Under the pieces are notes generated by a model. That model was given only the letters and a program-made list of their open reading frames with translations, searched no databases and had not been told where the DNA came from. A program made the position numbers and the translations under genes. From a virus (lineage: Duplodnaviria; Caudoviricetes), in IMG/VR virus record IMGVR_UViG_3300030105_002351, positions 1 through 54,704 of that record: a stretch of DNA of 54,704 nt. One strand, written 5' to 3'. Within the stretch, counting starts at the first letter, position 1. Each line of letters begins with the position of its first letter. Shown one piece after another: positions 36,601 to 46,245 of this stretch.

Positions 36601-38294
36601 AAGTCACCTTCTCCAGTAACTTTTTCAAAAAAGTTAGAAAAGCTCTTATGAGACAAAGGCTTTGAGTCTGCGTCTATATTTTTAGATGCAAATAAATCTC
36701 TTAAAGCATCAGAAGAAACATCTATTTCTTCTTTTCCATCTTTAATAGATTTTATTTTTTTTGATTTTTGATTACTTGAAAATATATTTTCTGCAAATGC
36801 AGAAGTAAGATTATTAAAATCTTTTTCTCTTAATAGTTTTTTTGCTTCTTTTATACTGTAGGATTTTTTGTATGGCACTTTATAATTTTCTTCAACCCAG
36901 AGTTTTAAATCTTCTGAATCTAGTTTTATATTTTTTGTCGTAATTTTTTTCTTTGTAACAGGATCAGCTAATCTTGAATCTGCATTTAAAATAGAAGATA
37001 TATCAACTTCGGTGCTATTAGGGTCGGTAACAATTGAACCTATTTCATAAGCTGTTGAGTTTTCATTGTAGCCCATACTATATAAATCGTTATTTAGCCT
37101 AGAGTTTATTTTATTTCTTTCAAACTGATTTAATAAATTATCTTTAAGTTTTATAGCTTCTATTTCATTAGGTGCTTCTGCAATAACAGGATCAGTTGTT
37201 TTTAATTGATCAACAACTGCAAAAGTGCCATTAGAAAGTTGAACTATATCTAAATCTGGAGCTTCTCCTGTTATGCCAGGTACAGGTATATTAGGTTTTA
37301 TTTCTGATGTTTCTTCTGTTATCTCAGGAACATTGCCTTGTGCTGATGCTCTTGCAACTTTTTCATCGTTAATTAAAGAATTTATATTATCTCTGGCTTT
37401 ATTTTCTCTGTCTTTAATATATTCATTACCGACACTTCGTCTATTACCTAAACTACTAAATAAATAGTCAGCACTACCACCTATGATTGCGCCTATAGTA
37501 AACTCGTCAAACATACTATCTGCTATTGGCAACTTATCGCTGTATAAACCAGCAGCAGTTAAGTCTTGTAAAAGAGTAGCAGCAACTTCTTGACCACCTT
37601 CAAATGCTCCTGATTGAACAGCAGATTTAAGTTTACTTACAACGTAATCGCTTTCTCCTTTGTTTCTAACTTTAGGAACTTTTTTAAGTATGTTCATAAT
37701 AGGTAAAATTTCAGTAATACCTATAGCACCACCAATAAGAGTAGCAAATGTTTCAGATATTGGACCAACTTCTTCGCCCATATCTCTAGCCATTTGTAAT
37801 CTATCAACTTGTGCAGCCATACCACTAGGAATAGCTAATGCTGCTGGTATGCCATAATCCCCTACCGTTTTGCTAACAATGCCTCTTTTAGCTAAAGCTC
37901 TTCCAGCTAAACCAGCACCTAAAAAAGGTGCAAATGAACCTATACCTTCTGCAAGTTTAGTTGTATATTTGTCTCGTAGTGCTGGATCAGAAGCTAAACT
38001 AGAGTCTGTTCTAAGAAAATCTTGAAAACCTTGTAGTCCTTTGACAATTTTACTGTCATCACCAATGTCAACTAAACCAGCTAAACCTAAAGGAACATCT
38101 GTTGCTAAACTTAATGCGCCTCTGGCTATAGACTTAGGTGCATCTAAAATACGATCAAGAACACTGACCTCATTTATATCAATATCAAAATCTTCTTTGA
38201 TATATTTTGCTGCTAATGTTCTATCTTCTAAACTCATGTCATCTGGAATTGTTATTTTTCTTCCAGTACCATCATTCAAATCATATTGTTCCAT
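30606..38294 (-). CDS. Giant internal virion / large polyvalent protein
   Basis: 2562 aa; HEFVH zincin motif; ART-like segment; C-terminal NF.RRG, IPFLNA..QG, D.W.IP, P.PFE.G (LPD38-like). Confidence 0.8.
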   Translation of the reverse strand: MEQYDLNDGTGRKITIPDDMSLEDRTLAAKYIKEDFDIDINEVSVLDRILDAPKSIARGALSLATDVPLGLAGLVDIGDDSKIVKGLQGFQDFLRTDSSLASDPALRDKYTTKLAEGIGSFAPFLGAGLAGRALAKRGIVSKTVGDYGIPAALAIPSGMAAQVDRLQMARDMGEEVGPISETFATLIGGAIGITEILPIMNILKKVPKVRNKGESDYVVSKLKSAVQSGAFEGGQEVAATLLQDLTAAGLYSDKLPIADSMFDEFTIGAIIGGSADYLFSSLGNRRSVGNEYIKDRENKARDNINSLINDEKVARASAQGNVPEITEETSEIKPNIPVPGITGEAPDLDIVQLSNGTFAVVDQLKTTDPVIAEAPNEIEAIKLKDNLLNQFERNKINSRLNNDLYSMGYNENSTAYEIGSIVTDPNSTEVDISSILNADSRLADPVTKKKITTKNIKLDSEDLKLWVEENYKVPYKKSYSIKEAKKLLREKDFNNLTSAFAENIFSSNQKSKKIKSIKDGKEEIDVSSDALRDLFASKNIDADSKPLSHKSFSNFFEKVTGEGDFYLMNQGQLELLFARVDSLPSFNTLTPLPDFSKREYTAQDMADFVATVETAEFNFEDISKYIKSRVNFESGNLNENIAKQATQFQDDLLNSGRAEVLNKKGLYPNIKIKENFEYDIARRAEGFNETPEEFEARLIAENKPKELIDQLVEKEREKQSRFTAPVKVEPPSINFPEAIEEGRTNKFATELKKTLNKVGLKETGVIVSNDILSSENLIAGKEKIFFDPVETRRNKTESSYDENTDTIFISLNAVNPDGTATDIEIQNKLNSIIDAQVIHAFRAKDLINEKEYNFLRKEIRRRKVPVGFDEQSKGKTFYERSKNINESKLTDLQKARGVDFIDEFYVESAIADLYKAKDIKPDIPPKATGIFNKFSNFFKKVGIAMRASGYKKSSEIFNDIEAGKIGSRARGETRTLRELDKLSIRSETDSIFEVEDRPEIVPSEILEDDTKGTTFFPAIEDFPVTTNINVGDVKNKPIKGVILNPKDKGVLKPSVVQNPSKRYNLYERTEAEKQIEKEFILNGIEGKTSIGVMEWFVKNSPSTDYKYIAQSVLKQLKRQKALGFDTEIFITDPSFLAQKSNDNTIRYVITNMTGKLKDAAGYSHDPYVDDRKVKKHVVINSDSGLNFNVILHEFVHAATTLSLKLSDPKKLSSSFATRRKADPLSEFNLGTDYSTQNYKNLEKIRKILKTEVNRLRTIDPNMGSNSGESKIGNATYGTKNVFELLSVGLTDPKFQDFMESIEYKKTNVWDAFVNEIRKILGLEAKRGTVLSAFLKESSLALKPDSEANKAISEFKKRKAVAEGDADFSSLTSPVIESSPPVETRDESSGMANDFVDITRGPRASNLLENVDGDGFSPNDIYRNPRFYMASQRGEPIFKETIAFMEKLKQIKDNPNATITMYRASPTDDLRAGDFITPSKTEAQNYVNDSQITRQEIRDAERDRRRQEQINKEGAISLEKEKLYNTMDSIFDLGEIAEPSVSKLYTYQLKAGDVRWDGNSLERWGYFPSNVVKLNVFEDSSRSPNPSPSLIDAVEKAEELVKKTPIGQIPPYNIKASDVALKAAQDFAVDPSPAIEISLPKNKNKQVPEEYKEQAEQEGYQPTAMTFGERIIKFTADPVTNIKSTLSRLRKEIVDKDDVFAKFVEKASETNEEIRILNNSITTSSIASIRLSDKSRGVFAQMLTRGTPASQIEGQESIAVVNEFEFSAEHNNFIKDSDIGKGGLLQFTAPLFENPLVDLEYIFAKYAIVNRVAKLKDGVLIPISLRDAAKNAEEKANIEANYPQVVEVYKNYQKWNNELIKFARDKGLLSEEQAALWIEHSSYYPFYREMIDDKGISAPSIGGGMLPGNPLSIKMEGSEKDINVPSLEAIARNSLSILTASMKNDGLSKLLRDMQLEKMARPKNPNTKPNAMTVLVFENGEKKMYEIDDREIFEAVRTVGGVKIDALTKAFSMPAGFLRDMITRDPGFVVVNILRDTLSTAVTSGVKLGIGGDTFTPIVDSVANMFADMSELEKFGIVGGYDFANDEGDIVRYMARARRQQGLTPGNGISLENAFFKLWDGLGGLTTKSDGAARLAVYHSVYNDLKKQGASEAEAQSAAAYQGLEIINFGRRGSSPFFGMITAAIPFLNARIQGLDVLYRTSTGRYSATEKLQSGESAQDLKKRITRTALLRGLSLMGITLLYYLMVSDTEDYKGAPREVRDDNWLIPTPFDYTIKLPIPFEIGAFFKAIPERLFDLAAGQIKEDGSVEKDTTASIARQIQTATNIPFLMGDISIQAIKPFFEAVTNRNSFTGTEIVPYYKQKKQAGLQSNPQTNEVARLIGELFNISPMKIEYVMKGYTGTLGGYALAVADSIARTATGSPYIPNNIVSNPTNFTRLPFVNRILMDTKKMNGLQQGFYELRQEVDKVTQTLNSLRQDGRFDELAAYRENYQGVSNVKSQVRALEKYMANFRKKRNAIMKRQDISIIVKSDLIRDLEINRNKRLSIVPALRAKANVPILQGGL

Positions 38295-38314
38295 AATTTA
38301 TTTTCCTATGATGG

Positions 38315-39925
38315 TTATTTAATTATTTTTCCGAATATTGCAGCTTTATCTGATTCAGCATCTGTTGAAGAAAAACCTTGAGCTTTTGCTAATTCATCTC
38401 TATAAGCCTCAATTGTTGGTAATAATGCTGCTGCTGTTATTACAGATTGTTCGGAACCTTCTTCTTTAAGTAGTTTATAATAATCCACCATTTGAGCGAA
38501 ATCTTTTCTTAAAGCTGTAAGAGGCAATGCCTCAGTTTCAACACCTAATTTCTCTGTTTGCGCTATATAATAATCTTTTTGTGCTTCAGATAAACCTGAT
38601 GTACTTTCTTTTTCTTCTATACTTTCAGCTAAACCACCTAACCCTGTAAAGAATTCTTTCATATTACTAGAGCCACCAACAAGAGCAGCTAGTTTTGTTA
38701 AGTTTAAGCCTTGTTCTTTGCTTATACCTAGAAGACCTTTTTCTTCAGTGTCTGCCGTAGGTAAATTGCCAGAATCATCTATAATAATAGCAGAATCATC
38801 AAAAGGTTTAGGAATAACAGTAGGAGATTCAGGCGATTCATTAAATTCTTGTAAAGCTGCACCAAAAGCAAGACCTCCAGCACCTACACCTAACATTCTA
38901 TTTGGTGAAAATACTTTTTCTTCAACATTTTTTCTTATTCTTTGACTTCTTACACCACTACCTTCTTTAATTGACGCTTTTATCGCTTGACCTTGAGGTG
39001 ATCCTGCTGGATATTCTTTTACTGGTTTCGATCCTTTTCCTGATGATTTAAAAAATGTTTTCTTTTTTGTTATTTTTTTCTTTGTAAGAAAATCAAAAAT
39101 TTCTTTACCTGCACTTTTTAAACCTTTTCCTACTTTTGGTCCATATTTTACTGCTCCTTGTAAAATTTTTGGACCTACTACTCTGCTAGCAGCTATACCT
39201 GCTCCTCCTATTCCAGCGTCTGTTAAAAGCGCACTTTTATCTAAATTTCCTTCATCGTCTGTATATCTAGCAACTATGTCTTCTTTTAAATTTTGTAGTC
39301 CACCTTTTTGTCCTATCTCATAAGATGTTTTTGGATCAATTCCAAAAATTTTGTCAGCTAAAAACATTCTACTTATATCAGTTATACTTGGATTTTTGTC
39401 AGTATTTACAAAATCTGTAATATTTCCAAAAATACCACGTTCTTCTGTAAGTCCACCTTCTTGATACCCAACTAAGCCACCGCCAGCAGCCATTTGCATT
39501 GTTTCTGGCATAACAATATCTTGTCGTAAACTACTTGCAGGATTTACATTTTCATCTACCATGCTGCCAACTTCACTTGGAATGCCAGCCATTTGATTAT
39601 TCATCACTGAATTTTGTAAATTCATTATTATTTCTTCTGGACTAGCGACTGAATCTTCTGGACTCATCATCATATTTTGTGGGTTTATATTTGCAAGTTG
39701 CTTGTAATCATCTATAAGATTTTCTGATACTGATTTTTTTGGTTGGTTCATCGCTGCTAATTGAGCAATATATGATTTTTTGTCTGCTGTTCTTCTGATT
39801 ACTTCATCAATTGCCATCATTTTTGGATAACGTCTATATGCCTCATCAGGGTTTCCATTAGCAATTTTTTCTAACTGATCAAAAGGAACATTTTCTAAAT
39901 TTTCGGCTTGTGTAACTAAATTCAT
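38315..39925 (-). CDS. Putative internal virion (ejection) protein
   Basis: 536 aa; MAAGGGLVGYQEGG motif; upstream of the giant protein. Confidence 0.65.
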   Translation of the reverse strand: MNLVTQAENLENVPFDQLEKIANGNPDEAYRRYPKMMAIDEVIRRTADKKSYIAQLAAMNQPKKSVSENLIDDYKQLANINPQNMMMSPEDSVASPEEIIMNLQNSVMNNQMAGIPSEVGSMVDENVNPASSLRQDIVMPETMQMAAGGGLVGYQEGGLTEERGIFGNITDFVNTDKNPSITDISRMFLADKIFGIDPKTSYEIGQKGGLQNLKEDIVARYTDDEGNLDKSALLTDAGIGGAGIAASRVVGPKILQGAVKYGPKVGKGLKSAGKEIFDFLTKKKITKKKTFFKSSGKGSKPVKEYPAGSPQGQAIKASIKEGSGVRSQRIRKNVEEKVFSPNRMLGVGAGGLAFGAALQEFNESPESPTVIPKPFDDSAIIIDDSGNLPTADTEEKGLLGISKEQGLNLTKLAALVGGSSNMKEFFTGLGGLAESIEEKESTSGLSEAQKDYYIAQTEKLGVETEALPLTALRKDFAQMVDYYKLLKEEGSEQSVITAAALLPTIEAYRDELAKAQGFSSTDAESDKAAIFGKIIK

Positions 39926-39929
39926 AATC

Positions 39930-41084
39930 TTATCCTAATGCGTTCGCTAAACCTAAACTACCCAAACCACCTGCTACAGCAGTTTGAAATAAGCCTGGTT
40001 GTTGTTGATATTGACTTTGTATTTGCGTTGGCTGTACTGGAACACCTCTTAATACTCCACCAAAACGACTCAGTTGTTCTCTAGCATAGTTCTGTTGTCT
40101 CAAGAAGTCTTCGTAACCCATATCTAAACCAGCTTGACCTAATGCCCTTCTTTGCTGTCCAACTCCTTCTAATGTTCCAATTCTTTTTAGAGCTTCATCT
40201 TGTATAGCTTGACCGCTACTTATAAGTCCTTTTGAAGAAGCTAAGTTATAGTCACTAGATAATTTAAAAGCATTTTGTCTGAACTTTTCTGATGCTTCTC
40301 TAGCTACTTGATTTAATTGTGCTGCATTTAAACCTAATTTAGCTGCATCCGCTTTAGCTTTTTCTCCTGCTGAAAAAGCAGATTGATTGAGCTTATCTTG
40401 AGTTTGTTGTGCAGTTTGCGTAGCAGTATATTGACCAAGATCAAATTGCCTATCTTTCATGTAGGCATCTCTTGCCATATTAAACGCATCAGATGAACCT
40501 TTTGTTTGTATATCTGTAAGCCTTTGTCCTAGATTTCTTTGATTTTCTGATCTAACAATAGCATCTCTGTATCCACCAAGACCGCCTTGTTTAGTTGCAG
40601 CATCAGCTATTTGTTTTTCTTGTATATTACTGTCTCTTGTTGCTTCTCTTTTTGCTACATCAATAACACCTTGTTGATATGGATTAATATACTGTTGTAA
40701 TCCTTGAGCAAAATTTTGTGTGTTAAAGTCTCCTGCTTGATATGAAGAAGCTAAATCATTGGGATTATATGTAGATGTAACTTGTCCAGTGTTATAATCT
40801 GATCCAATAGTACCTTGCATATTTAATCTATTGACAGAATCAGTAAAAGCGTCTGGTGTACCAGAAGTTCCGTAGCCTCGACCCATAGCTTGAGCAGTTA
40901 ATTCATCTTGATTAAAATCAGCTAACTTTTGACCAGGATAAGGAGTGTAAGGCTGTAAGCTTTCTGCTTCACCTCTTTGAATAAGCCTAGTGAAATACGG
41001 TTCTACATAATCTGGCAAATCCGTCTGCGTTATTTTTTGCTCTGTTGGTGCGGAGCTACCACCACCACCTTTAAAATATCTCAT
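39930..41084 (-). CDS. Putative internal virion / DNA transfer protein
   Basis: KGGGG N-terminus, LP.Y..PY, Y.NPYQQ.V, Q/A/G-rich helices. Confidence 0.7.
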   Translation of the reverse strand: MRYFKGGGGSSAPTEQKITQTDLPDYVEPYFTRLIQRGEAESLQPYTPYPGQKLADFNQDELTAQAMGRGYGTSGTPDAFTDSVNRLNMQGTIGSDYNTGQVTSTYNPNDLASSYQAGDFNTQNFAQGLQQYINPYQQGVIDVAKREATRDSNIQEKQIADAATKQGGLGGYRDAIVRSENQRNLGQRLTDIQTKGSSDAFNMARDAYMKDRQFDLGQYTATQTAQQTQDKLNQSAFSAGEKAKADAAKLGLNAAQLNQVAREASEKFRQNAFKLSSDYNLASSKGLISSGQAIQDEALKRIGTLEGVGQQRRALGQAGLDMGYEDFLRQQNYAREQLSRFGGVLRGVPVQPTQIQSQYQQQPGLFQTAVAGGLGSLGLANALG

Positions 41085-41560
41085 TCTTCTGCATCCTTAA
41101 AGTTAAACTCATAAAAAGTAGCTGGTTTTTTCCAGCCTTTTCTATTTTTTACCCAGTTCCACTGTCCATGTCTTCCTATACCTTCAATGCCATCACAACC
41201 ATTTGATTTAGCAAACTTAATCATTGTTTCTAGCCCTATTTCTATCCAGTTTTGCATATTGGTTCCAGATGTATGCTCAACATTTAACATTTTTTTTCCT
41301 GTAGGATAGTTGTTAAACATAGTTATTAGAACACCAGAAATTTCTAAATTTCCTTTATTAAAAATAATCCATAAATTGCAATTATCGCTTAAACAATCAT
41401 AAAATATATCTTCTACTCTTATTCTATTACTAGAGCGATTAGCTGATTTCTTTAAATACTTTTCGCATTTTTTCCAAACTAAAGATAACTTATCAGAAGT
41501 TATTAAAGATAAGCCATGTTCTTCTGTTGCTATGTTTGGTTCTTTTACTATTTCATTCAT
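41081..41560 (-). CDS. GNAT-fold-like phage protein
   Basis: LW...G...T...YP.K, FAK..GC..IE..GR.G.W pattern. Confidence 0.55.
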   Translation of the reverse strand: MNEIVKEPNIATEEHGLSLITSDKLSLVWKKCEKYLKKSANRSSNRIRVEDIFYDCLSDNCNLWIIFNKGNLEISGVLITMFNNYPTGKKMLNVEHTSGTNMQNWIEIGLETMIKFAKSNGCDGIEGIGRHGQWNWVKNRKGWKKPATFYEFNFKDAEE

Positions 41561-43806
41561 CCTGGTAGCATTCCTCCAGCATTAGCTAGTTTAGGTGCTT
41601 GTTCTGTAGTTCCTGTTTTTTCTTGTCTAACTCTATCCATCATTGCATACAATTCATTAGAACCAGCCTCTGAGCTACCATCTCCTAGCATTGAAACAAC
41701 ATCAGCAGGAACAATAAATTCATCTTGAGATACAGCTATTCTTTCTTGATTTCCAATTGTACCTCTTAGGTCATCATCCATACCGCCATTTCCATTTCCT
41801 ACTATAAGACCTTCTGTTTGTGCATCAGGAACTAAAGATTGTAATACTTCATTTCTAAGAGATAAGAATTTTTCATTACCATATTTTTCAATAAATTGAT
41901 TAATAATATTTTGATCATCTAATTCTCCTAATATAAAAGCAACTGTTTGATTTATAAGAGGATCATTATTAGGGTTAGACATAATGCCTTCATTCATCAT
42001 TTCTTGTGGCATCATTTCCTGTAGCATCATAGCTTCTGGCGGAGTTATTCCACCTTCAACATATCCCATTTTTTCTACAACATCTGGAGCAACTTTATCT
42101 AGTGCTTCTAAACCTTTATTGGGTAATGTTTCACCACCATCTGCTGCTGTTATTACTTGACCTAAATTTGGTTGATTGACAGGTGGAGCTATAATTGATG
42201 TATCAAGAAATGGTTGTGCAGGATTAAAGCTTGCGCTTGGTTGATTTGGCATAAATGTATTTGTTGTTGCAACAGGTTGAGCTGCATTAACATTTGTTGG
42301 AGAAAGAATATTTCCCATTGAAGCTGTATTTATATTTTCATAGGGATTTAATGTACTTGGTGTAATGTTACTCAGTTTATCAATACCTTGTGGAGCTATT
42401 CCTGTATAACTTTGAAATGGGTCTATAGAAGATAAGGAGGCTTGAGTTAAATTTGCAGAATCAAAACCACCAGCAGAACCAGAATAAGAATCTATTAAAC
42501 TGGGTGGTCCATCTTGACTAGCAATAGTTGGAGCATTTATTGTGTTAGGATCAAAGTACAATGTTTCTGGTGAAAAACCAGGTTGAAAATCAGGATTGTA
42601 ATCAAACAATGTTCTTGCTGGAGCAAACACTCCTGATCTATTAAGAGTGGTCGGGTCTCTCATTGCCAGCATTTGTTGAGCCATTATAGGTAGAGAGGTA
42701 TCTATATATGGAACATCTGGAGCTACGTTTGTATAGTCTGTCATTCCACCTTCTTGATAACCAGTAACACCACCACTTGCTGAAAAACTTGGGCTTGATA
42801 AAGAATAGTTTGGAGTATAAAGACTGATTTCTGGATTATCTGCAAAATTTTGTCTTTTACCTGCAATATAGCTGTTGAGCCTATCTTGCGTTTGTTCATC
42901 AAATTGTCTTTGTGACTCTAATATACTTGAGCCACCTGCACCAACAGCAAAAGGTACAGAAGCCATAGGTGAGGCAGCTGCTTTTAATATATTTCCTGCA
43001 CCCTGTTTAAGATTTTCCATACCAAAAGGCTGACCATCAGTCATCCCAAAACCAGATTTATAGTTTTCCATTCCTGTAGATTTATTAGGATCAAAACTAT
43101 TTGAAGGAGCAATTGCGCCAGCAGATTCACCAGCTTGAACTATACCTTTTTGTATATCATCTGTTCCCATTATTTTATCAAATTTGAATTGTGCTGATTT
43201 TGGTGCAACACGATTAACAAAATCTTGTGTTGCAATACGCGGAATAGGAGAATTCAAAGCAGTAGGATTATAAGTATCGGCTGTCATATTCATTCCTGAA
43301 CTTCCTCCTGCTTGAGCAATATCGGTAGGATTTAGACCACCAGAAGAAGGATTTACACCAACAGAAGCAGGTTGAGCAGCATTTGCTGCATATAAATTAG
43401 CTTGATTGGTTGCTTGTTTTGTTGATTCAGCTACTGCTGCTGCTGTTGTTTGCTCTGCTCCTAATTTACCAAGTTCATCTATACCTTTATTTACACCAAA
43501 GCTTGATAATCCTGCTAACAATCCTTGTTTAAGATCACCAGTGACAGCGTATTGCGCTAGTCCACCACCTAATGCACCTGCCGCAGCCATTCCTAATGTT
43601 TTACCCAAAGCTGCTTTACCAAGATACGATCCAACAAAAGGTGCAATAAATGGTAAAAATGCTTCAGGTTGACCAGTTTGCGGATTTACAGTTATAGGCA
43701 ATGCTTGAGATAAACCTTTAACTTCAGCAGGATTAACATGAAGAAGCATACTGTCTCCATAACGACCTTGTGCTGCAACATTTCTGGTTTGTTCTTTTAT
43801 ATCCAT
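41557..43806 (-). CDS. Putative internal virion protein
   Basis: GRYGD.ML.HVNP.E, NP.TG.PEAF N-terminus; C-terminal G.G.G..D...S..EFIVPADVVS.LGDGSS.AG. Confidence 0.75.
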   Translation of the reverse strand: MDIKEQTRNVAAQGRYGDSMLLHVNPAEVKGLSQALPITVNPQTGQPEAFLPFIAPFVGSYLGKAALGKTLGMAAAGALGGGLAQYAVTGDLKQGLLAGLSSFGVNKGIDELGKLGAEQTTAAAVAESTKQATNQANLYAANAAQPASVGVNPSSGGLNPTDIAQAGGSSGMNMTADTYNPTALNSPIPRIATQDFVNRVAPKSAQFKFDKIMGTDDIQKGIVQAGESAGAIAPSNSFDPNKSTGMENYKSGFGMTDGQPFGMENLKQGAGNILKAAASPMASVPFAVGAGGSSILESQRQFDEQTQDRLNSYIAGKRQNFADNPEISLYTPNYSLSSPSFSASGGVTGYQEGGMTDYTNVAPDVPYIDTSLPIMAQQMLAMRDPTTLNRSGVFAPARTLFDYNPDFQPGFSPETLYFDPNTINAPTIASQDGPPSLIDSYSGSAGGFDSANLTQASLSSIDPFQSYTGIAPQGIDKLSNITPSTLNPYENINTASMGNILSPTNVNAAQPVATTNTFMPNQPSASFNPAQPFLDTSIIAPPVNQPNLGQVITAADGGETLPNKGLEALDKVAPDVVEKMGYVEGGITPPEAMMLQEMMPQEMMNEGIMSNPNNDPLINQTVAFILGELDDQNIINQFIEKYGNEKFLSLRNEVLQSLVPDAQTEGLIVGNGNGGMDDDLRGTIGNQERIAVSQDEFIVPADVVSMLGDGSSEAGSNELYAMMDRVRQEKTGTTEQAPKLANAGGMLPG

Positions 43807-43835
43807 TTCTTCACCCTAGTAATGATTTTATATTT

Positions 43836-44174
43836 TTACCTATCTTCTGTTGTTTCGCAACCAAACATATTAAAACTCATATTGACTGCACTTGTGCGTA
43901 CTTTTACAACATCTGTTTGATTTAATGTTATACCTAAAACTATTGATAATGAATCATTAGCTGCTACAGATTTATCATAGTATATAAATTGTTTATCATC
44001 AGCACTAGCACCCCCAACATGAACACTTAATCTAAATGTTATTGCAGAATCTGTTCGATTTGCTGCAACAATAGAACTAACAGTAGTTTGTGTCATATCA
44101 GGCACTGTGTAAAGTACAGTAACTGTTGTTGCTGAAGGGTCTAATTGTCCTAATACTTTAAGGTTATCAGCCAT
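43836..44174 (-). CDS. Small virion structural protein
   Basis: LYTVP...T.VSSI..AN, GITL..TD, F..FG.E beta-sandwich pattern. Confidence 0.7.
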   Translation of the reverse strand: MADNLKVLGQLDPSATTVTVLYTVPDMTQTTVSSIVAANRTDSAITFRLSVHVGGASADDKQFIYYDKSVAANDSLSIVLGITLNQTDVVKVRTSAVNMSFNMFGCETTEDR

Positions 44175-44370
44175 GTTTCATGCCCATTAATAAAAATTGA
44201 TGTCTTTTAAAAGCTTTGCTTGTTACTGTTGATTGCATTTGTTGTACTTTTGTAATTTTATTATTTAGGTCTGCTATTGTTTGCTCTATGATTCTTCTTG
44301 TTTGTGATTCATTATTACGATTATATTCTGGACTAGAAATAGGTAAAGATATTGTTCTTATGTCTTTCAT
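44167..44370 (-). CDS. Small hypothetical protein
   Basis: LP....EY...NE...RR.IEQ motif; start placed at ATG 44370, coupled to the upstream stop. Confidence 0.6.
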   Translation of the reverse strand: MKDIRTISLPISSPEYNRNNESQTRRIIEQTIADLNNKITKVQQMQSTVTSKAFKRHQFLLMGMKHG

Positions 44371-46235
44371 TATCTTCTTCCATCTTGTTTTATGTCTAGC
44401 CTTATATCTCCTAGTCTCCATCCAAAACTACTAGAATCGCTTGATATTCTTACCGCAGCTTGTCTGCTTCTGGCTCTAGTGTTTACAAATGTAGAAGATG
44501 GGGTAACATTTATAGTTTGTAATGTAGACAAATCTTGCAAAGGATAGTCTCTACCTTTTATTGTAAATGTAACAGTATCTGAAGTTGTTTGCTGATCTCT
44601 AAATTGTATATCTGGTATTAACTTTGATATAAAAATAAATCCTTCTCCATCTGGATTTAGATCAAAGTCACTTGATTCTATAAATGAAGTAAATGTATCT
44701 GTTCCATCACCATGACCAACTTCATGCCTATAAATATAATTTAAATTAGTTGTATCATTTTTGCTAGTTGCAAGTGGCTTTTCAAATATATTAGCTTCGT
44801 TCCAAGCTGTTCTAACAAAGTTATCTGCTGTTGTACCTATCGACCATGTGTCTTCTAAATAATTAAATAAAACATACTTGTCTATTTCTATGCTTGTACC
44901 TGAAGGATAAAACCACATAATTTCATTTACACTTTCATTGGCAGCTGCAAATACTTTAAATGCTTGATCTTGGTTTAGGTCTGAAAAAACATAGTCTAAT
45001 ACTGCACATGGAAGTCTTTCCGCAGTTCCAGCATAAACAAAGAATCCATCTCTATCCATAAAATAGACTCTATTGTTTGCATTAACAGCTGCATTTGGAG
45101 CTATTAAAGATGGTCCTTCTGCTACTTCTGTAAATGAAAAAACAAAAGGCTCACCTACAAAACGCATTGATACTATTCCTGCATCAGTCCATATAAGAAT
45201 TTCTTGTCTTGTTTTTAATGCAGAAATAATTGTAGAACCTAAAGAAAGCTGTACACCACCAGCTTGGTTTGTTGCGGTTGGAGTCCAATCAATAGCACTT
45301 TCTGTATCTGAAAATCTTACTAACAATGGGTCTATAACTGAAGAACCTATAGAATTGCAGCCAAAAGCAATAACGTGCTTGTCTACATCTGACATCATAA
45401 TTTGTAATACTGCGGTTGGCACATCACTTGCATTTGATTCTGCGGATAACAAAGTTGATCTAGTAGATGCACCGCTAGATTTATCCCAAAAGAATATTTC
45501 TGATGCTCTTGGTGCTGCTATTATATCATCGCCAAAATTATCTATTGACCAAGTTCTAAGTTGATTAATTACTGATAAATCGGTGGTTGATCCAAATCCT
45601 CCATCTCCCCAAGAATTGATACCCCAACCTGTTCCTCTAACATAAACATCTAAACCAGTATTAATTTGATAAACACCATCTACTCCTGAACCACCATTAC
45701 CTGTATCAGAGCCATTTGCAACTATAGCATCTCCAGAAGTATCTTTAGCATTGAAGGTGTATGTATCTATTCCTGTAACTGTTTCTATTTGATATTCTTG
45801 ATTAAGAACAGCAGCAGTAATTGTTCCACCTAAAGTAGCTGCACCTGCTATAGTTACAAAGTCTCCAGAAACGCAACCATGATCATCATCTGTAGCTGTA
45901 ATTAAACTAGACCCACTTGTAGCAGCAAACAATATTCCATTTGTAGTTGTTGCTCTTATAGGTGTAATATCGCTTATTGTATTTCCAAGAATCACATAAA
46001 GTTTTTGATGTGTTCCAAGTATTGTAATATTGTCTCCGTTAATAGCTTTATATGTATGTATTTTTCTTGCTGTACCAACAAAGCTAGTTTCAATGAATTT
46101 ACTCCATCCACCAAATCTTTCTGGTCTGCCTTTTCGGAATCTTACTTTGTCTGCATCAAACCAACCACCTTCGTTGCTATAGTTAGTACCTTCTCGGTTT
46201 ATACCTGGCTTGAATATATATTTACTTAGTGCCAT
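44370..46235 (-). CDS. Tail nozzle / stabilisation protein (P22 gp10 or tubular B-like)
   Basis: KPGINRE.T.Y..EGGW.D.DKVRFR.G.PE..GGW; RFSD.E...W.P..TNQAG; C-terminal WRLG..R.D...DGRR. Confidence 0.75.
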   Translation of the reverse strand: MALSKYIFKPGINREGTNYSNEGGWFDADKVRFRKGRPERFGGWSKFIETSFVGTARKIHTYKAINGDNITILGTHQKLYVILGNTISDITPIRATTTNGILFAATSGSSLITATDDDHGCVSGDFVTIAGAATLGGTITAAVLNQEYQIETVTGIDTYTFNAKDTSGDAIVANGSDTGNGGSGVDGVYQINTGLDVYVRGTGWGINSWGDGGFGSTTDLSVINQLRTWSIDNFGDDIIAAPRASEIFFWDKSSGASTRSTLLSAESNASDVPTAVLQIMMSDVDKHVIAFGCNSIGSSVIDPLLVRFSDTESAIDWTPTATNQAGGVQLSLGSTIISALKTRQEILIWTDAGIVSMRFVGEPFVFSFTEVAEGPSLIAPNAAVNANNRVYFMDRDGFFVYAGTAERLPCAVLDYVFSDLNQDQAFKVFAAANESVNEIMWFYPSGTSIEIDKYVLFNYLEDTWSIGTTADNFVRTAWNEANIFEKPLATSKNDTTNLNYIYRHEVGHGDGTDTFTSFIESSDFDLNPDGEGFIFISKLIPDIQFRDQQTTSDTVTFTIKGRDYPLQDLSTLQTINVTPSSTFVNTRARSRQAAVRISSDSSSFGWRLGDIRLDIKQDGRR

Positions 46236-46245
46236 AAATTAAACC

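Noticed and set aside
31294-38322. Plus-strand ORFs opposite the giant gene, and similar shadow ORFs elsewhere (e.g. 523-1570, 45073-45564, 49279-49752)
   Set aside because: Antisense shadows of well-supported genes, with no motifs or RBS
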